Counted from the first letter of the stretch, positions 50,271-61,221 are shown. The stretch: DNA of 64,000 nt from Prochlorococcus sp. AG-355-N18 (GCA_003278535.1 QCEG01000003.1:43974-107973); one strand, 5' to 3'. A program made the numbers and translations. The notes: generated by a model not told the origin, from the sequence alone.

Positions 50271-50426
50271 TTATTTTAACTTTCTTGTTCCGCCGTAAGA
50301 ATAATCATTATGTTTAGAAACTACATTCCAACATTCTTTACAACAAAAAATCCAGTCTTTATGAATTATCGATTTAACTCTGTAATGAATTTTATCTGGC
50401 TTATGACATAAATCACATTTTTTCAA
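50271..50426 (-). CDS. 51-aa zinc-ribbon-like ORF (TTG start)
   Basis: (M)KKCDLCHKPDKIHYRVKSIIHKDWIFCCKECWNVVSKHNDYSYGGTRKLK*. CxxC...CCxxC. There is no in-frame ATG. Confidence 0.35.
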   Translation of the reverse strand: MKKCDLCHKPDKIHYRVKSIIHKDWIFCCKECWNVVSKHNDYSYGGTRKLK

Positions 50427-50771
50427 TCATCTTTAAAATTGCTAAATTAATTTTAAAGAAAAATTAGTCTGATTAAAAATATTCACGAAAAAATTTTTAT
50501 CGTGTCATTATAAAAATGCCCTCTACACATCCTGAAGCAAAGCAGTGGTTTTGTTGAGTGCAATTATTTTAATTGTCTGATAAATTATCTATTTTTTACT
50601 TTTAAAAAATTTTTAAGGCACCCTGCACTATTTATATAAAATTTATTAAACCGTTTATTTATACTTGATTAAAAATTAATCTCTGATTATACATACAAAT
50701 TAGTACTTTAAAAAGAAACTCACGAATGATATTTAATTAATTTTATTATATTCTTATTAAATTTTAATGCT

Positions 50772-50915
50772 ATGAACATTTACCTTTTTTGGATATTATT
50801 TTTGGCTCTATGGGCAATAGTTCCCTTAATGATTATTAAAGGTAGAGTTGACGAAGAGCCTAAGATTCAGACTTCACCAAAAGTTAAAGCAAAGAAAAAA
50901 GGTTGGTTCAATTAA
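50772..50915 (+). CDS. 47-aa TM ORF
   Basis: MNIYLFWILFLALWAIVPLMIIKGRVDEEPKIQTSPKVKAKKKGWFN*. Confidence 0.35.
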   Translation: MNIYLFWILFLALWAIVPLMIIKGRVDEEPKIQTSPKVKAKKKGWFN

Positions 50916-51002
50916 TTCAATCCATTACTAAGTAAAAATAATCTGCAGGATAAATTTTGAGAATTTAAATTATTTCTCACTAATAAAATTCATTAAATAA
51001 AA

Positions 51003-51587
51003 GTGAAAAAATTAGAAAATATTTTTCTTTTTTTGGTAGTCCTTGGGGGAAGAGCTAAAAAAGCTAATATTGAACTACATGATGTTCGATGGGTTGTTGG
51101 ATCTAAAATTGAGGATACATACGATTCTTTAAGAAATGATTGGTTTGGATCTCCAAAAGGTTTGCATATTGATAGCTATAAAAAAATAAAACATATAGAT
51201 GGCTATAAGATTAATTTGATAAATTTTGAAAGGGACAAAAAAGATGCAAAGCAATTATTAAAAAAAAATAAGTCTAAAAAACATTTATGGTTTGTCAATA
51301 TTGGAGGGTATCATCCAACTTCTATGCAAGAACAACATGAATTTGGATTGGTTGCAGCTTCAACTAAATTAGAGGCAAAAAATATAGCTAAATCTAAATG
51401 GCTTATTGGCTGTAAAAAGAAGCATAAAGATGATATTGCTTCTCTGGAAATTTTATTACGCTGTGATGATTGTGAATTAATAAAAAAGATAGGTAACTGG
51501 CAAATAGAATTAACTCCAAATAATAATTTTATTGAAGAAAACAATTATCCTGATTGGTATGGTTATCAAAAAATAGATGGGAAATAG
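51003..51587 (+). CDS. DUF1543-like protein
   Basis: 194 aa (GTG start). GGRAKKANIELHDVRWVVG and a second half with GGYHP...HEFG resemble tandem DUF1543 repeats as I recall them. Confidence 0.55.
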   Translation: MKKLENIFLFLVVLGGRAKKANIELHDVRWVVGSKIEDTYDSLRNDWFGSPKGLHIDSYKKIKHIDGYKINLINFERDKKDAKQLLKKNKSKKHLWFVNIGGYHPTSMQEQHEFGLVAASTKLEAKNIAKSKWLIGCKKKHKDDIASLEILLRCDDCELIKKIGNWQIELTPNNNFIEENNYPDWYGYQKIDGK

Positions 51588-51655
51588 AGATCCAAGAATT
51601 TATACTTGAAAAAAATATACACGCATATTAATTGCATATTAATGTTCTTAGAGTC

Positions 51656-52861
51656 TTAAAAAGAACTTGATTTTCTTAATAAATAAATTCCACCTGCTAA
51701 AGAAATTAAGACAGGTAACCATGCAGCCAAAATAGGAGTTAAAATACCTTTCACTCCAAATGAACTAAATATAAATGACATTACATAATAAATTAATATA
51801 AGAATTATGCTTAATCCAAATCCCTGACTTTTTGAAGATCTTAAATTAGATTGAGATCCCAAACTGCTTCCTATTAAACCAAATACCAAGCATGCAAAAG
51901 GTAGAGTAAATTTTTCTTGAATGCGGACTTGAATTCTTCTTATCTCTTTTAGGTTACCAGTTTTTTTATATATTTTTTCTGCTTCTAAAGCCTGCTTCAG
52001 AGTCATCTCAGTAGCATCTTTAGGCACTTTTGCTAATTCCAATGGGCCCTCCACGAAGGGATATATGTATTCTTTAAATTTAATATTCGTTGTTTGTCCC
52101 CTTGGATCAATAGATACAATACTTCCTTCAGAAAATATCCAAGAGGAGTTTTTCTTATCAAATTTTGCAGAGTCTGCTTTTAGGATTTGTTGAATATCTT
52201 CTCTGGAATAATCTAATACAGTAACCCCCTTCATAATGTTGTTTTCAAATAATGAAGAATAGAATATATGAGTGAGGTGCGTATTTGATTTAGTTGGCTT
52301 CTTAGAAGATGCATTTATCCTCGATCCATATCTCGCGAACATAATATTATATTTCTGTGTTTCGCCGCTAAAAGAACTTCCCATGCCTGCTCTTAAAGTT
52401 GTTTCAGCCAACTTATTACTTCTAGGAACTAAATTATCATTAAAATAGAAAGTTAAACCCGTCATAAATATTGAAAGAGCAATGGCTGGAGAAATAATTC
52501 TTGAGGTTTTTATCCCTAAAGATTTCAAAGCTAACAATTCTGAATTGCTTGATAATTTTCCATAGGCTAATAATGTTGAAAGCAAAACTGCCATTGGGAA
52601 TGACAAAACTAAAAAGCTTGGCAGACTAAAAAAAAGAACTTTTAAAGCTAAAAATAGAGGTAAACCAAATTCAACAATTTTTCTTATGAGATCAAACATT
52701 ACCCCAACAGATAATGAAATAACAGTAAATGCAGAAATTGCAAATATCATAGGAGGGATTATTTGACCTAATAACCACCTATCTATTAAAGGTATGGAAT
52801 ACCAAGGAGCAATGATTTTATTTAAAGCTTTTTTAATTACTAGTTGATTTGAAAGTTTCAA
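51656..52861 (-). CDS. LptF/LptG-family (YjgP/YjgQ) permease
   Basis: 401 aa. Three N-terminal TM helices, a large periplasmic loop, then three C-terminal TM helices. DRWLLGQIIPP start motif. Confidence 0.75.
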   Translation of the reverse strand: MKLSNQLVIKKALNKIIAPWYSIPLIDRWLLGQIIPPMIFAISAFTVISLSVGVMFDLIRKIVEFGLPLFLALKVLFFSLPSFLVLSFPMAVLLSTLLAYGKLSSNSELLALKSLGIKTSRIISPAIALSIFMTGLTFYFNDNLVPRSNKLAETTLRAGMGSSFSGETQKYNIMFARYGSRINASSKKPTKSNTHLTHIFYSSLFENNIMKGVTVLDYSREDIQQILKADSAKFDKKNSSWIFSEGSIVSIDPRGQTTNIKFKEYIYPFVEGPLELAKVPKDATEMTLKQALEAEKIYKKTGNLKEIRRIQVRIQEKFTLPFACLVFGLIGSSLGSQSNLRSSKSQGFGLSIILILIYYVMSFIFSSFGVKGILTPILAAWLPVLISLAGGIYLLRKSSSF

Positions 52862-53852
52862 AAGAAATTTATTTAATTTGTACTGTCTTTTCCCGCATTA
52901 TAAAATATGAATGTTGTATAGACCAAAATAAAATTTCTACAAAAAGAAAATTTTAATTTACCAATGTTCAAAAAAAAAGTTTTTTACTTGCAGTAAAACA
53001 AAAAATTTGGTTTCTTAAAAAAAAAGGGGTTTGGAATGAAAAATAAAACTTTCATATACGAATGCAATTGCATACACTGCCAACAAAAACTAAATCAAAT
53101 TAATAATGCAAAACTATATTGGGACAAATTAATTTCAAGAAAAAAGTTCGTATAGTTTTTCTACTAAATTCTCTAAGGTTTTGAAACTTTGTTACATTAA
53201 AGTAGTTTTAAAAAATTTATTCTTTTTAAGAAAAAAGATGTTGTACGATCTCAAGATCTTAATTAAGTATTAAACTTTTTTAGAATAACGATATTATTTA
53301 ACCTTTTGATTTTTTTTGTAGATTATATTTTCTCGATTTAATAGAAAAAGAATAATCAAAATACATGATGGTATTAAAATAAAATCTAAAGACATACATT
53401 TTTTTCAGTCTATTATCTATTTAGCAAATAAATAAATCCTTGACATTTTTTACTTATGCTCAAGATTTAATTCGATGGGTCTAATAAATATCTATATCTT
53501 TAGTATATTTACTTGCTTTTAAATTGAAAGAGCCTGCAAGTATCCCACCGGCAAGCTCATGACGATCTAGTTAATTCAGATATTTTCTGCCTTAACCAGC
53601 TGAGCACTTCCTAAATGCTAAATATATCTTAGTAAGTAAAATTACTTACTGTGAGTATAAATGCTTATTTTTACGAATGATTGCGAATTTGATAATAAAA
53701 AGTGATTTTTTTAAATGTGGCTTGTTGAATTTTTTTTACATAAATGTCACAAATTGACTCATAATATGGATGCTAGGATGTAGTTCATTGGAGATTTTGG
53801 TTTACATAAGTTAATATTTGTGTTACTTTAGTTAACAATTATCATATCTTTA

Positions 53853-54059
53853 ATGACAAAATCAGGAGTTACTACAGAATCAGGTGGAAGACAGAATATG
53901 TTTCCCTCAGAAACTAGGCCTTATATTGATGAAACTGTGTCTTACGATGGATATCCTCAAAATGCAGAAAAAGTAAATGGGAGATGGGCTATGGTTGGTT
54001 TCGTTGCACTCTTAGGTGCTTATGTAACAACAGGACAGATCATTCCTGGAATTTTTTAG
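53853..54059 (+). CDS. hli: High-light-inducible protein (CAB-like one-helix protein)
   Basis: 68 aa. AEKVNGRWAMVGFVALLGAYVTTGQIIPGIF. Confidence 0.9.
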   Translation: MTKSGVTTESGGRQNMFPSETRPYIDETVSYDGYPQNAEKVNGRWAMVGFVALLGAYVTTGQIIPGIF

Positions 54060-54496
54060 TACCCAACTAACCGTTTTTATAAACTCTTTTTTTAAGCTAA
54101 TTTATTTTGCTTTTAAAAAAAAATTTAGATTTTTATTTTAAATTTGAAAATAAGAAAAACCAAATAAAAGTTATGGCATTTAGGCTAAATATTATTCCCA
54201 GAAATATATAAGCAAACTTTTTGCCAATGAATGCTGTCTCCGGTTCAAGCTTTACTCTCATTAAATTCTTGATTTATCTCGATAAAGATAGCATTATTTA
54301 ACAAGTAAATTTAAGTTTTAAAGAAGAAGAATAATCAAATTAATATTTTATTCTAAAAAGTTAGTAAATATTATCATTTTCGTCTTTTAGATAAATAGGA
54401 TTTCTCCAATATAGATTATTAAATTAGAAAAGAACCAAAAAAAAGGCCTAATTTAGCTTTAAATTAGGCTTTTTTATGAAAATAAAAAAAATTAAA

Positions 54497-54637
54497 TTAG
54501 ATAAAGCCAGGAATGATTTGACCTGTAGTTAAATATGCTCCTACAAGAGCAACAAAACCTAACATCGCGAATCTACCGTTGAGCTTTTCAGCAACGATTT
54601 TTTCCTTTTCAACTAGTTTGGGTTCGTTATTTTTCAT
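54497..54637 (-). CDS. hli: High-light-inducible protein (46 aa)
   Basis: Start at the internal Met (MKNNEPKLVEKEKIVAEKLNGRFAMLGFVALVGAYLTTGQIIPGFI*). The upstream part of the track ORF is the other hli in a different frame. Confidence 0.85.
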   Translation of the reverse strand: MKNNEPKLVEKEKIVAEKLNGRFAMLGFVALVGAYLTTGQIIPGFI

Positions 54638-54744
54638 TAGAACCAACCTGGAATGATCTGGCCTGTTGTGACATATGCGCCAACCGCTGCAACGAAACCT
54701 AACATCGCTGCCCAACCATTAAAACGTTCTGCTTCTGGAGTCAT
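54637..54744 (-). CDS. hli: High-light-inducible protein (35 aa), below track cutoff
   Basis: MTPEAERFNGWAAMLGFVAAVGAYVTTGQIIPGWF*. Its TAA shares one nt with the ATG of the next hli (TAATG). Confidence 0.8.
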   Translation of the reverse strand: MTPEAERFNGWAAMLGFVAAVGAYVTTGQIIPGWF

Positions 54745-54983
54745 TGTGTTTATGTAATTGTTAATAAATATAACATAATTATTTAATAATGTAAAGAAAA
54801 TGAGGAATATTTCCTTTTTTTTCAGAAAAAGCTGAAAACTGCTACATATATGTGTCGAAATATACTTTATCGGTGTTTTTATTTTTGTTCTTATTTTTAA
54901 ATTTGGAAAAAAAATATAAGCTTTTCACCTTGATATTTTAGATGTATATCCTCATTTAGAGGTAATTTAAATTAATATATTCT

Positions 54984-55021
54984 AAGAGTCAGCTAGTAGG
55001 GATACAGGCTGACTCTTTTTT
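54984..55021 (+). terminator. Strong orphan intrinsic terminator
   Basis: AAGAGTCAGC-(14 nt)-GCTGACTCTT followed by a T-run. No plus-strand ORF upstream within about 230 nt. Confidence 0.6.
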
Positions 55022-55103
55022 GAGAATTTTTAGATTTTGGATTAAAAGTAGTTTTTAGAATTCAAATAATTGCTATTAATTAATTAGATATATATATAAA
55101 TTC

Positions 55104-55268
55104 ATGTCATTTGCGACCTATTACATGCATTTAATTTTTGGTAGGATTCCTTCTCTAATCAGTTCTAATTTAATACTTTATATCTTGCCTGCTCTTGCAA
55201 TTTCAATATTATTCTTTAGCCTCAAAATAATGTTTTTCAAGACTCCTAAATTGAGAAAGGTTAAATAA
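55104..55268 (+). CDS. 54-aa TM ORF
   Basis: MSFATYYMHLIFGRIPSLISSNLILYILPALAISILFFSLKIMFFKTPKLRKVK*. Confidence 0.35.
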   Translation: MSFATYYMHLIFGRIPSLISSNLILYILPALAISILFFSLKIMFFKTPKLRKVK

Positions 55269-55320
55269 TAAAGGATTTTAGAATTATTTTTTTTACTGAA
55301 GCCCCCAATTTTTTTTAATT

Positions 55321-55941
55321 TTGAATTATAGACTTTTTTTTTCGGCAACTCAAAGAAATAGAGACTGCATTGGGGATGTACTATCCAGAATTATAAAAAA
55401 AAAAGGTTCAGTATTGGAAATCGGGAGTGGCAGTGGTGAACATGGAGTGTTTTTTCAAAAACGATTTCCTGGAATAATTTGGCAAACAAGTGACCCAGAG
55501 TTAGTGCATAGAAAAAGTATAAGTTCTTGGATTGAGTATGAAGGCCTAACTAAGAAAATGCCCCCGCCTCTTGAGATTGATGTAGTAAAAATTCCTTGGA
55601 AAATTCCATTGATATTAGCTCAATCTTTGCAAGGAATAGTCTCTATAAATATGATTCATGTAGCAGATTGGTCATGTACTGTAGCACTCTTTAGAGAGTC
55701 AGGGAAATTACTCAGTAAGGGACAATTTTTGATTTTGTATGGGCCATTTAAAATTTGTAATAAGCATACAAGTGAAAGTAATTATTTTTTCGATAATTCA
55801 CTAAAAATGCAAAATGATCTTTGGGGTATTAAAAATCTTGAGGAAGTTTCTGATGAGAGTAAGAAAAATGGTTTTTCTCAAGAGGATATTATTGGGATGC
55901 CTGCAAATAATTTTTCAATAATTTACAGAAAAGTTTCTTGA
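55321..55941 (+). CDS. DUF938-like SAM-dependent methyltransferase
   Basis: 206 aa (TTG start). ATQRNRDCIGDVL...VLEIGSGSGEHGVFF...WQTSD fits DUF938 as I recall it. Confidence 0.6.
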   Translation: MNYRLFFSATQRNRDCIGDVLSRIIKKKGSVLEIGSGSGEHGVFFQKRFPGIIWQTSDPELVHRKSISSWIEYEGLTKKMPPPLEIDVVKIPWKIPLILAQSLQGIVSINMIHVADWSCTVALFRESGKLLSKGQFLILYGPFKICNKHTSESNYFFDNSLKMQNDLWGIKNLEEVSDESKKNGFSQEDIIGMPANNFSIIYRKVS

Positions 55942-55992
55942 TAAGGCTAATAGAAATATCAAAAATTAATTAAAGTTCATCATATTAGATGA

Positions 55993-56154
55993 TCAACCTG
56001 ATAGCTTTTTGCTCCATTCTTTATGCTTTTGATCTAAATCTGAAATTTTTTCTCCTAAACTTAAATGTCTTTCTAATAATTGAACTTTTGTAAGCGTTAT
56101 TTTTTCCGAATAAAATTTGATAGGCTGCTTACCATGTAAATTGTCACCACTCAT
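55993..56154 (-). CDS. 53-aa protein, DLDQKHKxW family
   Basis: MSGDNLHGKQPIKFYSEKITLTKVQLLERHLSLGEKISDLDQKHKEWSKKLSG*. Paralog of 26812..26985. Confidence 0.5.
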   Translation of the reverse strand: MSGDNLHGKQPIKFYSEKITLTKVQLLERHLSLGEKISDLDQKHKEWSKKLSG

Positions 56155-56270
56155 AGAAATATTAAATTTAAATACTTTTCTAAGATAAAAAATTTGCTAT
56201 TGCTAATTCTTTTATATTTTTTTCAGATTTGCGTAAATTAAAGTGATAAAGAATTGATGCTTATTGTTTT

Positions 56271-57437
56271 TTAATCGACCATCTTATATGAAGATTGCCA
56301 TATATATCTTCCTCTCTTGATGTCTGACTCAACAGCAACGCAATTGCAGGCAATATTCCATAAAGCTTTGTGTATTGGATCAGGATTAAAAAGATACGCT
56401 TTTTTAAAGGCTTTTTTAATTAAGACAGTTGCCTTTTTTGCATGATAATGAGGGATCGTTGGACATACATGATGAACGACATGGCTAGAACCTATATTAT
56501 GGTGGAGAAAATTAAGGACTCTACCGTAAGGCCTGTCAATAGATAGAAATGCTCCTCTCATAAAGGAAAATTCCGTATTTGAAAGATGAGGTACATCTGA
56601 ATCTGTATGATGAAGCCATGTATAAACTACCAGCCAACAATTAATCACTAATAAAGGGCCAAAATACAGAGTAATTACTGGAAATAATCCATACTTGAAA
56701 ACTAAATAAACAATGCCCACTAATGTCAAACCTACACCAACATCTGATATCCAAACTTTCTTGGCCCATACTGATGGCCATAATGCTTTAGAAAATGGTT
56801 TAATTGGCCAAAAATGATTTGATGTGCCATATTTAACACCTCCTGTACTTCCCGTAAGTAAATAAGCAGGCCAGCCAAATATTAGATGTAAAACAAGTTG
56901 AAGAATTCCATAATTTTTCTTACCTAATGAATTTGAAAAATGTAATTCTTTTTCTCCGCCAACTTTTTCTGTAACTCCGTTCCCTTTAATGACTAAAGGG
57001 ACGTGAGTTTCTCCATTAGTTATGTTATTTGTGAATCGATGATGAACTGCATGAGAACGCTGCCAAGAAAAATAAGGCACCAGAAGTAATGAATGTAGTA
57101 AATAACCAGTTACAGATTCCAATGTTTTGTTTTTAGAGAATGCTCCATGCCCACATTCATGGGCAATTACCCAGAATCCCATTGCAGTGGTACCTGATAT
57201 TAATGCGTAAATTATCCAAATTGGGATCATTTTTGGAGTAAATGGAATAGATAACCCTATCGCAACTACTATTGATTGAATGAAAGCTGATTGTAAAAGA
57301 TACCTCAAAGAAGTTTTGGTATTGCACCTAAAGTAGTGATCTGGGATAATATCCTGAAATTCTTTTATGCTTGGAATATCTTTATCCTCTATTACAAGCG
57401 CTTGGCCTTTAAGACCAGAAAATTTTATATTACTCAA
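56271..57437 (-). CDS. Membrane fatty-acid desaturase (FAD2/DesA-like)
   Basis: 388 aa. His boxes HECGH, HAVHH, HVVHH. Confidence 0.85.
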   Translation of the reverse strand: MSNIKFSGLKGQALVIEDKDIPSIKEFQDIIPDHYFRCNTKTSLRYLLQSAFIQSIVVAIGLSIPFTPKMIPIWIIYALISGTTAMGFWVIAHECGHGAFSKNKTLESVTGYLLHSLLLVPYFSWQRSHAVHHRFTNNITNGETHVPLVIKGNGVTEKVGGEKELHFSNSLGKKNYGILQLVLHLIFGWPAYLLTGSTGGVKYGTSNHFWPIKPFSKALWPSVWAKKVWISDVGVGLTLVGIVYLVFKYGLFPVITLYFGPLLVINCWLVVYTWLHHTDSDVPHLSNTEFSFMRGAFLSIDRPYGRVLNFLHHNIGSSHVVHHVCPTIPHYHAKKATVLIKKAFKKAYLFNPDPIHKALWNIACNCVAVESDIKRGRYIWQSSYKMVD

Positions 57438-57691
57438 ATTTTTGTTGGTTAAGAATTTTGTTAAATAAAAGTGAATTTATATGCTCTATTATCCATCACA
57501 GGATCTCATAATGAAAAGAATTTATAAATTTTTTTTCAATAAAGTTTTTAAGATTTTAATTTCATCTTCAAATACAACTATCTTTGCCAAACATTTTTAT
57601 TTTATTCTTTTATCGCAATCTTATTTATTTTTTATTTATTTATTTCTTTTTTATGCTGATTGTTTTTGCTCTTCTTTAAAGCTTAATTAAT

Positions 57692-57823
57692 TTAAAGACC
57701 GCGTATATATCTCTTAGGTAAACCAGATTGTTTACGTGGCTTTACTAGGATAGGTAAAACAATAACGCCTACTGTAAAAAGACAGATTGGAGCAACTACC
57801 ATCAATATAGATTCTAAAGACAT
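57692..57823 (-). CDS. 43-aa TM ORF
   Basis: MSLESILMVVAPICLFTVGVIVLPILVKPRKQSGLPKRYIRGL*. Confidence 0.35.
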   Translation of the reverse strand: MSLESILMVVAPICLFTVGVIVLPILVKPRKQSGLPKRYIRGL

Positions 57824-58285
57824 GAATAATTTTGAATTTATTAATAAATAGCAGGATTTTTTTTTAAAGTCATGCGTATTTATATCTATTTTGTGAGAAT
57901 AGATTCAAAATTTTTATAAATTATTAAGTAAAAAAGAAAAAAAGCTTAAAAATAAGCAATTTTTTAAAAATTCATCCTATTTAAATATTGATTATTTAAA
58001 TAGTGATTAGTTATGGATCAAGAAAAAAATTGGATGCTTATGACTTATTATTGTCCAACTCATGGTGATTCAGGATTAGTAAAATCGATTCAACTAACAA
58101 AAAAAGAAATTAATAAAACATTCTTAAAAAAAGGTAGGAGTTCTAAAAATTAATTTTTTGAGTAAAACTATAGTTTTATGAAAATGACCTAAATCTTGAT
58201 TGAAATCTGATTAATTTAAAACCTACAAAAAGCCCTAAGCTGCTTTTTTTATCAGCAGTATTAGAAATATATTGAAAAACATATC

Positions 58286-58438
58286 TTAATTTGTATCAGA
58301 ATCACATGTTAATTCACATTGGCTAAGGTCATGAGATGATATCTTTTCTAAAATTCTTAACATATCAATTTCCGAAAGCTCTCCATTAGAGTTCCATTTT
58401 AAAGTTGTTTTCCTTTGAGGTGAATTTTTTTTATTCAT
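58286..58438 (-). CDS. 50-aa ORF overlapping the upstream gene by 8 nt
   Basis: MNKKNSPQRKTTLKWNSNGELSEIDMLRILEKISSHDLSQCELTCDSDTN*. Confidence 0.35.
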   Translation of the reverse strand: MNKKNSPQRKTTLKWNSNGELSEIDMLRILEKISSHDLSQCELTCDSDTN

Positions 58439-58640
58439 TTTGCTCACCCCCTTTTAAATGCACTTCTAAACAACGAGTAATACATTCTTGATGACCATCC
58501 ACAATACTGCATTCAGTAATACACTCAAAATATGAATTAATAGAATCTATTTCTGTGTTTTGGTTGGTAGAAACAAATGAATCATTCATAATATTGTCTA
58601 ATTTATTTGGAATAGAGATATAGCACGAATTTGTGTTCAA
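58431..58640 (-). CDS. Twin-CX3C small protein (true start may be Met18 at 58589)
   Basis: ...YFECITECSIVDGHQECITRCLEVHL.... Same CX3C-N-CX3C layout as 34586..34750. Confidence 0.5.
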   Translation of the reverse strand: MNTNSCYISIPNKLDNIMNDSFVSTNQNTEIDSINSYFECITECSIVDGHQECITRCLEVHLKGGEQNE

Positions 58641-59033
58641 TAATTTAATTTATTAAGTGAATTAGAAAAAATAAGTATTATTTACTAAAGCTATATTTCA
58701 CCTAGTTTGTCTTTTAAAAGGTAGTATTTTTATTCTTTTAAAAGATAAAAGAAAAAAACACTTTTGATTATTTAATATTAATTTATAAGGTAATATTCTA
58801 AAAAAATCAGCATAAAGACTGATTTACTTTTCAGTAATTTAGTAAGAAGATAAAAAAGTACACTTTTAAATTTTCATATGAAATCAGTAATTAATTGGCT
58901 TTCGAAAATGTTAGAGAGTATGGCAAATGCTTTTATGCATCCATTAAAGAATGACTTACCACCATCTATTGGTACCCATGCATATAGCAGTATTCCTCTA
59001 AAAAGAAAATTGAGAAGAAGGTTGAATTAACTA

Positions 59034-60140
59034 TTACCTTATTGGAATTAATTTTTCATTTTTATTATCCCAAATAATATATTTGAAGCAGTTTGAAAAG
59101 TCGCTTAGTTTTAAGAACTTGGATTTTTGAAGCAAATGAATGTTTGCTTTATGACAAGCTCTTAAGTTGTAATTTGGGATTCTCTCAGAGAGATGATGAA
59201 TGCTGTGGAATGATATGTCTGCTAAAAACCAATTTAGCCAATTAGGGACATCTAAATTGCTACTGCCTAAAATTGCTCCATCGATGAGATCCCAATTTTT
59301 TGTATTTTTAGCATATGCATTCTCATAGTTATGTTGTACGAAAAAAACACATATTAAAATTGCTGCTGATAAGGTTAATATCACGGAATAAAATGATAAG
59401 AAAAAAACTAATCCCAACCATTTGCACATAAAAATCCAACCTATTATTACTAATATGTTATTGATTATTAATTCAAATAGTTCACTAAAATTATCTCCAT
59501 AATCAGAAAAAGGTGGTTTGACTCTTGAATTAATAACTAGAAGTTGAGAAATATCTCTGTTTTTTATTTTGATAAATGTCTCTCCCAATATATCTTTAAT
59601 GAAATTAAAAATAATAATAACCAGTCCTAATCTAGGTTTTAAAACTAAGTAAAAAAAACCGCCAGGGAAAAGCATAATCCAGTTTCGACTTACTTTATAA
59701 AAAATTTGCTCTCTTTTTGTGAGGGAATTATAGTCTTCAAGACTTAAAACATCTATAGGCCCCTTGTAAATTTCCCAATTTCCATTATTTCTATGATGAA
59801 ATGCATGATCAATTGACCATGACTTCTGGGGAATACCATTAACTAAGCCAAGTAAAAATCCAAAAAAGCGGTTTAATTTCCGTTTTGTAAAAAGAGAATT
59901 ATGTCCGCAATCGTGCATTAATGAGAATGTTCGAGAAGAGAACAGAGTTAGAAGAACTATAAAAGGCACAAATAGGAATGCTTTAATCAATAATGGAAAA
60001 GGTTGAATTATTATTTGGTGGACAATTAACCAAATAGAAATTATTGGGAAGATTGTAGAAATAATTTGATAACAAGCTCTAATATTATTTCTTTTTAAAA
60101 ATGGCTTTATTAAAAAATCGCTTCTATTTACTTTAAGCAT
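59034..60140 (-). CDS. Membrane fatty-acid desaturase family protein
   Basis: 368 aa. His boxes HDCGH, HAFHH, HSIHH. Multiple TM helices. Confidence 0.8.
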   Translation of the reverse strand: MLKVNRSDFLIKPFLKRNNIRACYQIISTIFPIISIWLIVHQIIIQPFPLLIKAFLFVPFIVLLTLFSSRTFSLMHDCGHNSLFTKRKLNRFFGFLLGLVNGIPQKSWSIDHAFHHRNNGNWEIYKGPIDVLSLEDYNSLTKREQIFYKVSRNWIMLFPGGFFYLVLKPRLGLVIIIFNFIKDILGETFIKIKNRDISQLLVINSRVKPPFSDYGDNFSELFELIINNILVIIGWIFMCKWLGLVFFLSFYSVILTLSAAILICVFFVQHNYENAYAKNTKNWDLIDGAILGSSNLDVPNWLNWFLADISFHSIHHLSERIPNYNLRACHKANIHLLQKSKFLKLSDFSNCFKYIIWDNKNEKLIPIR

Positions 60141-60463
60141 ATTTCACTTATTATTTTTGATACTAACAATTTTTAAAAAGTATTGATTATTGAATAAACA
60201 ATAAAACTTTTAAAAATCATACTAAAGAATAAATTCTTTAGACATAGTTCTCAATTGATCTAGATTTAATCTTTCTAAGTAATTTTTAAAGTCACTAAGA
60301 TTCTTAGTAGAGTCAGAATTTTTGCTCTCGTAAAGAAGACTATTAGAAATTAACTCAACAAGATGATCTTTATCCATAACTCCTTATAGACCAAAATTCC
60401 TGTTTAAAAAAATTAAGGTCTTGAATTCGAGATCATTCACTCATCTCTATTTAAGAGTTATTT

Positions 60464-60682
60464 TTATAAATTTTTCAATTCTTGTTCTATTTTTTCTAAT
60501 CTTTCATTTAATTCTTTTTGTTCCTTAATTAAGGATTTTTTCTTTTCTGCACGCTCTTTGTTCAAAGGAGAATTGAAATATTTTTGGTAAGAGACAAAAA
60601 AAACTGCTATCGCTACTGCAATGCCAAGAGCTCCAATTATTAAAATTGGAGATGAAGGAAAGTCGTAAAATGGAATAGACAA
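60464..60682 (-). CDS. TM + coiled-coil small protein (72 aa)
   Basis: Track ORF. One TM helix then a Lys/Glu-rich helix. Confidence 0.45.
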   Translation of the reverse strand: MSIPFYDFPSSPILIIGALGIAVAIAVFFVSYQKYFNSPLNKERAEKKKSLIKEQKELNERLEKIEQELKNL

Positions 60683-60865
60683 TGTACTTTACTAAAAATA
60701 AATTCTAGCTATCTCATAAACAAAAAAATGAGTAATAAATACTTATTATTTAAAAAGCTTTATGGTAATTATGCTAGTTAATTTGTAAAAAATAAATAAG
60801 GTTAATCTTTAATTGGTTTTTTAAAATAAGTATTTGTACAGCTGTCAAAGAATGAATAACTAATA

Positions 60866-61210
60866 ATGATTAAATTAGTAAAAATTTTTTTCATGAAGAA
60901 AATCATAAATAAAAAACGTAATAAAAATGAACCATGGTTTAAATGGTTAACAAGAGAACTTAATTCTTATGAAGCTTTTCAGGATTTCGAATCAGGCAAG
61001 AATCCACGAGATGTAGCAGAGGATTTTATTTCTAGAAATAGTAATGCTATTTCAGAGGTTTTCGAGAATTTTGATGAAGAAGATAAAGATACACTCGATC
61101 AGTTTCTAAAATTAACCGAATGCGAGATGCATGTGTTTAGAATTCTTGAAAAACAAATAGAGACAATAAACAAGGTAAGATTTGTAGATTTTAAAAAAAG
61201 AAAAAAATGA
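60866..61210 (+). CDS. Hypothetical protein (114 aa)
   Basis: Track ORF. No domain recognised. Confidence 0.45.
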   Translation: MIKLVKIFFMKKIINKKRNKNEPWFKWLTRELNSYEAFQDFESGKNPRDVAEDFISRNSNAISEVFENFDEEDKDTLDQFLKLTECEMHVFRILEKQIETINKVRFVDFKKRKK

Positions 61211-61221
61211 GGAATTAATTT

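Noticed and set aside
53525-53625. GC-richer patch whose reverse complement contains GCTCAGCTGGTTAAGGC (tRNA D-arm-like)
   Set aside because: There is no complementary acceptor stem, the D-stem is mismatched, and no valid anticodon or T arm can be drawn. It may be a tRNA fragment or a chance match.
57481-57690. Plus-strand 69-aa ORF
   Set aside because: Extremely low-complexity Phe/Ile/Leu translation in an AT-rich spacer upstream of the desaturase.
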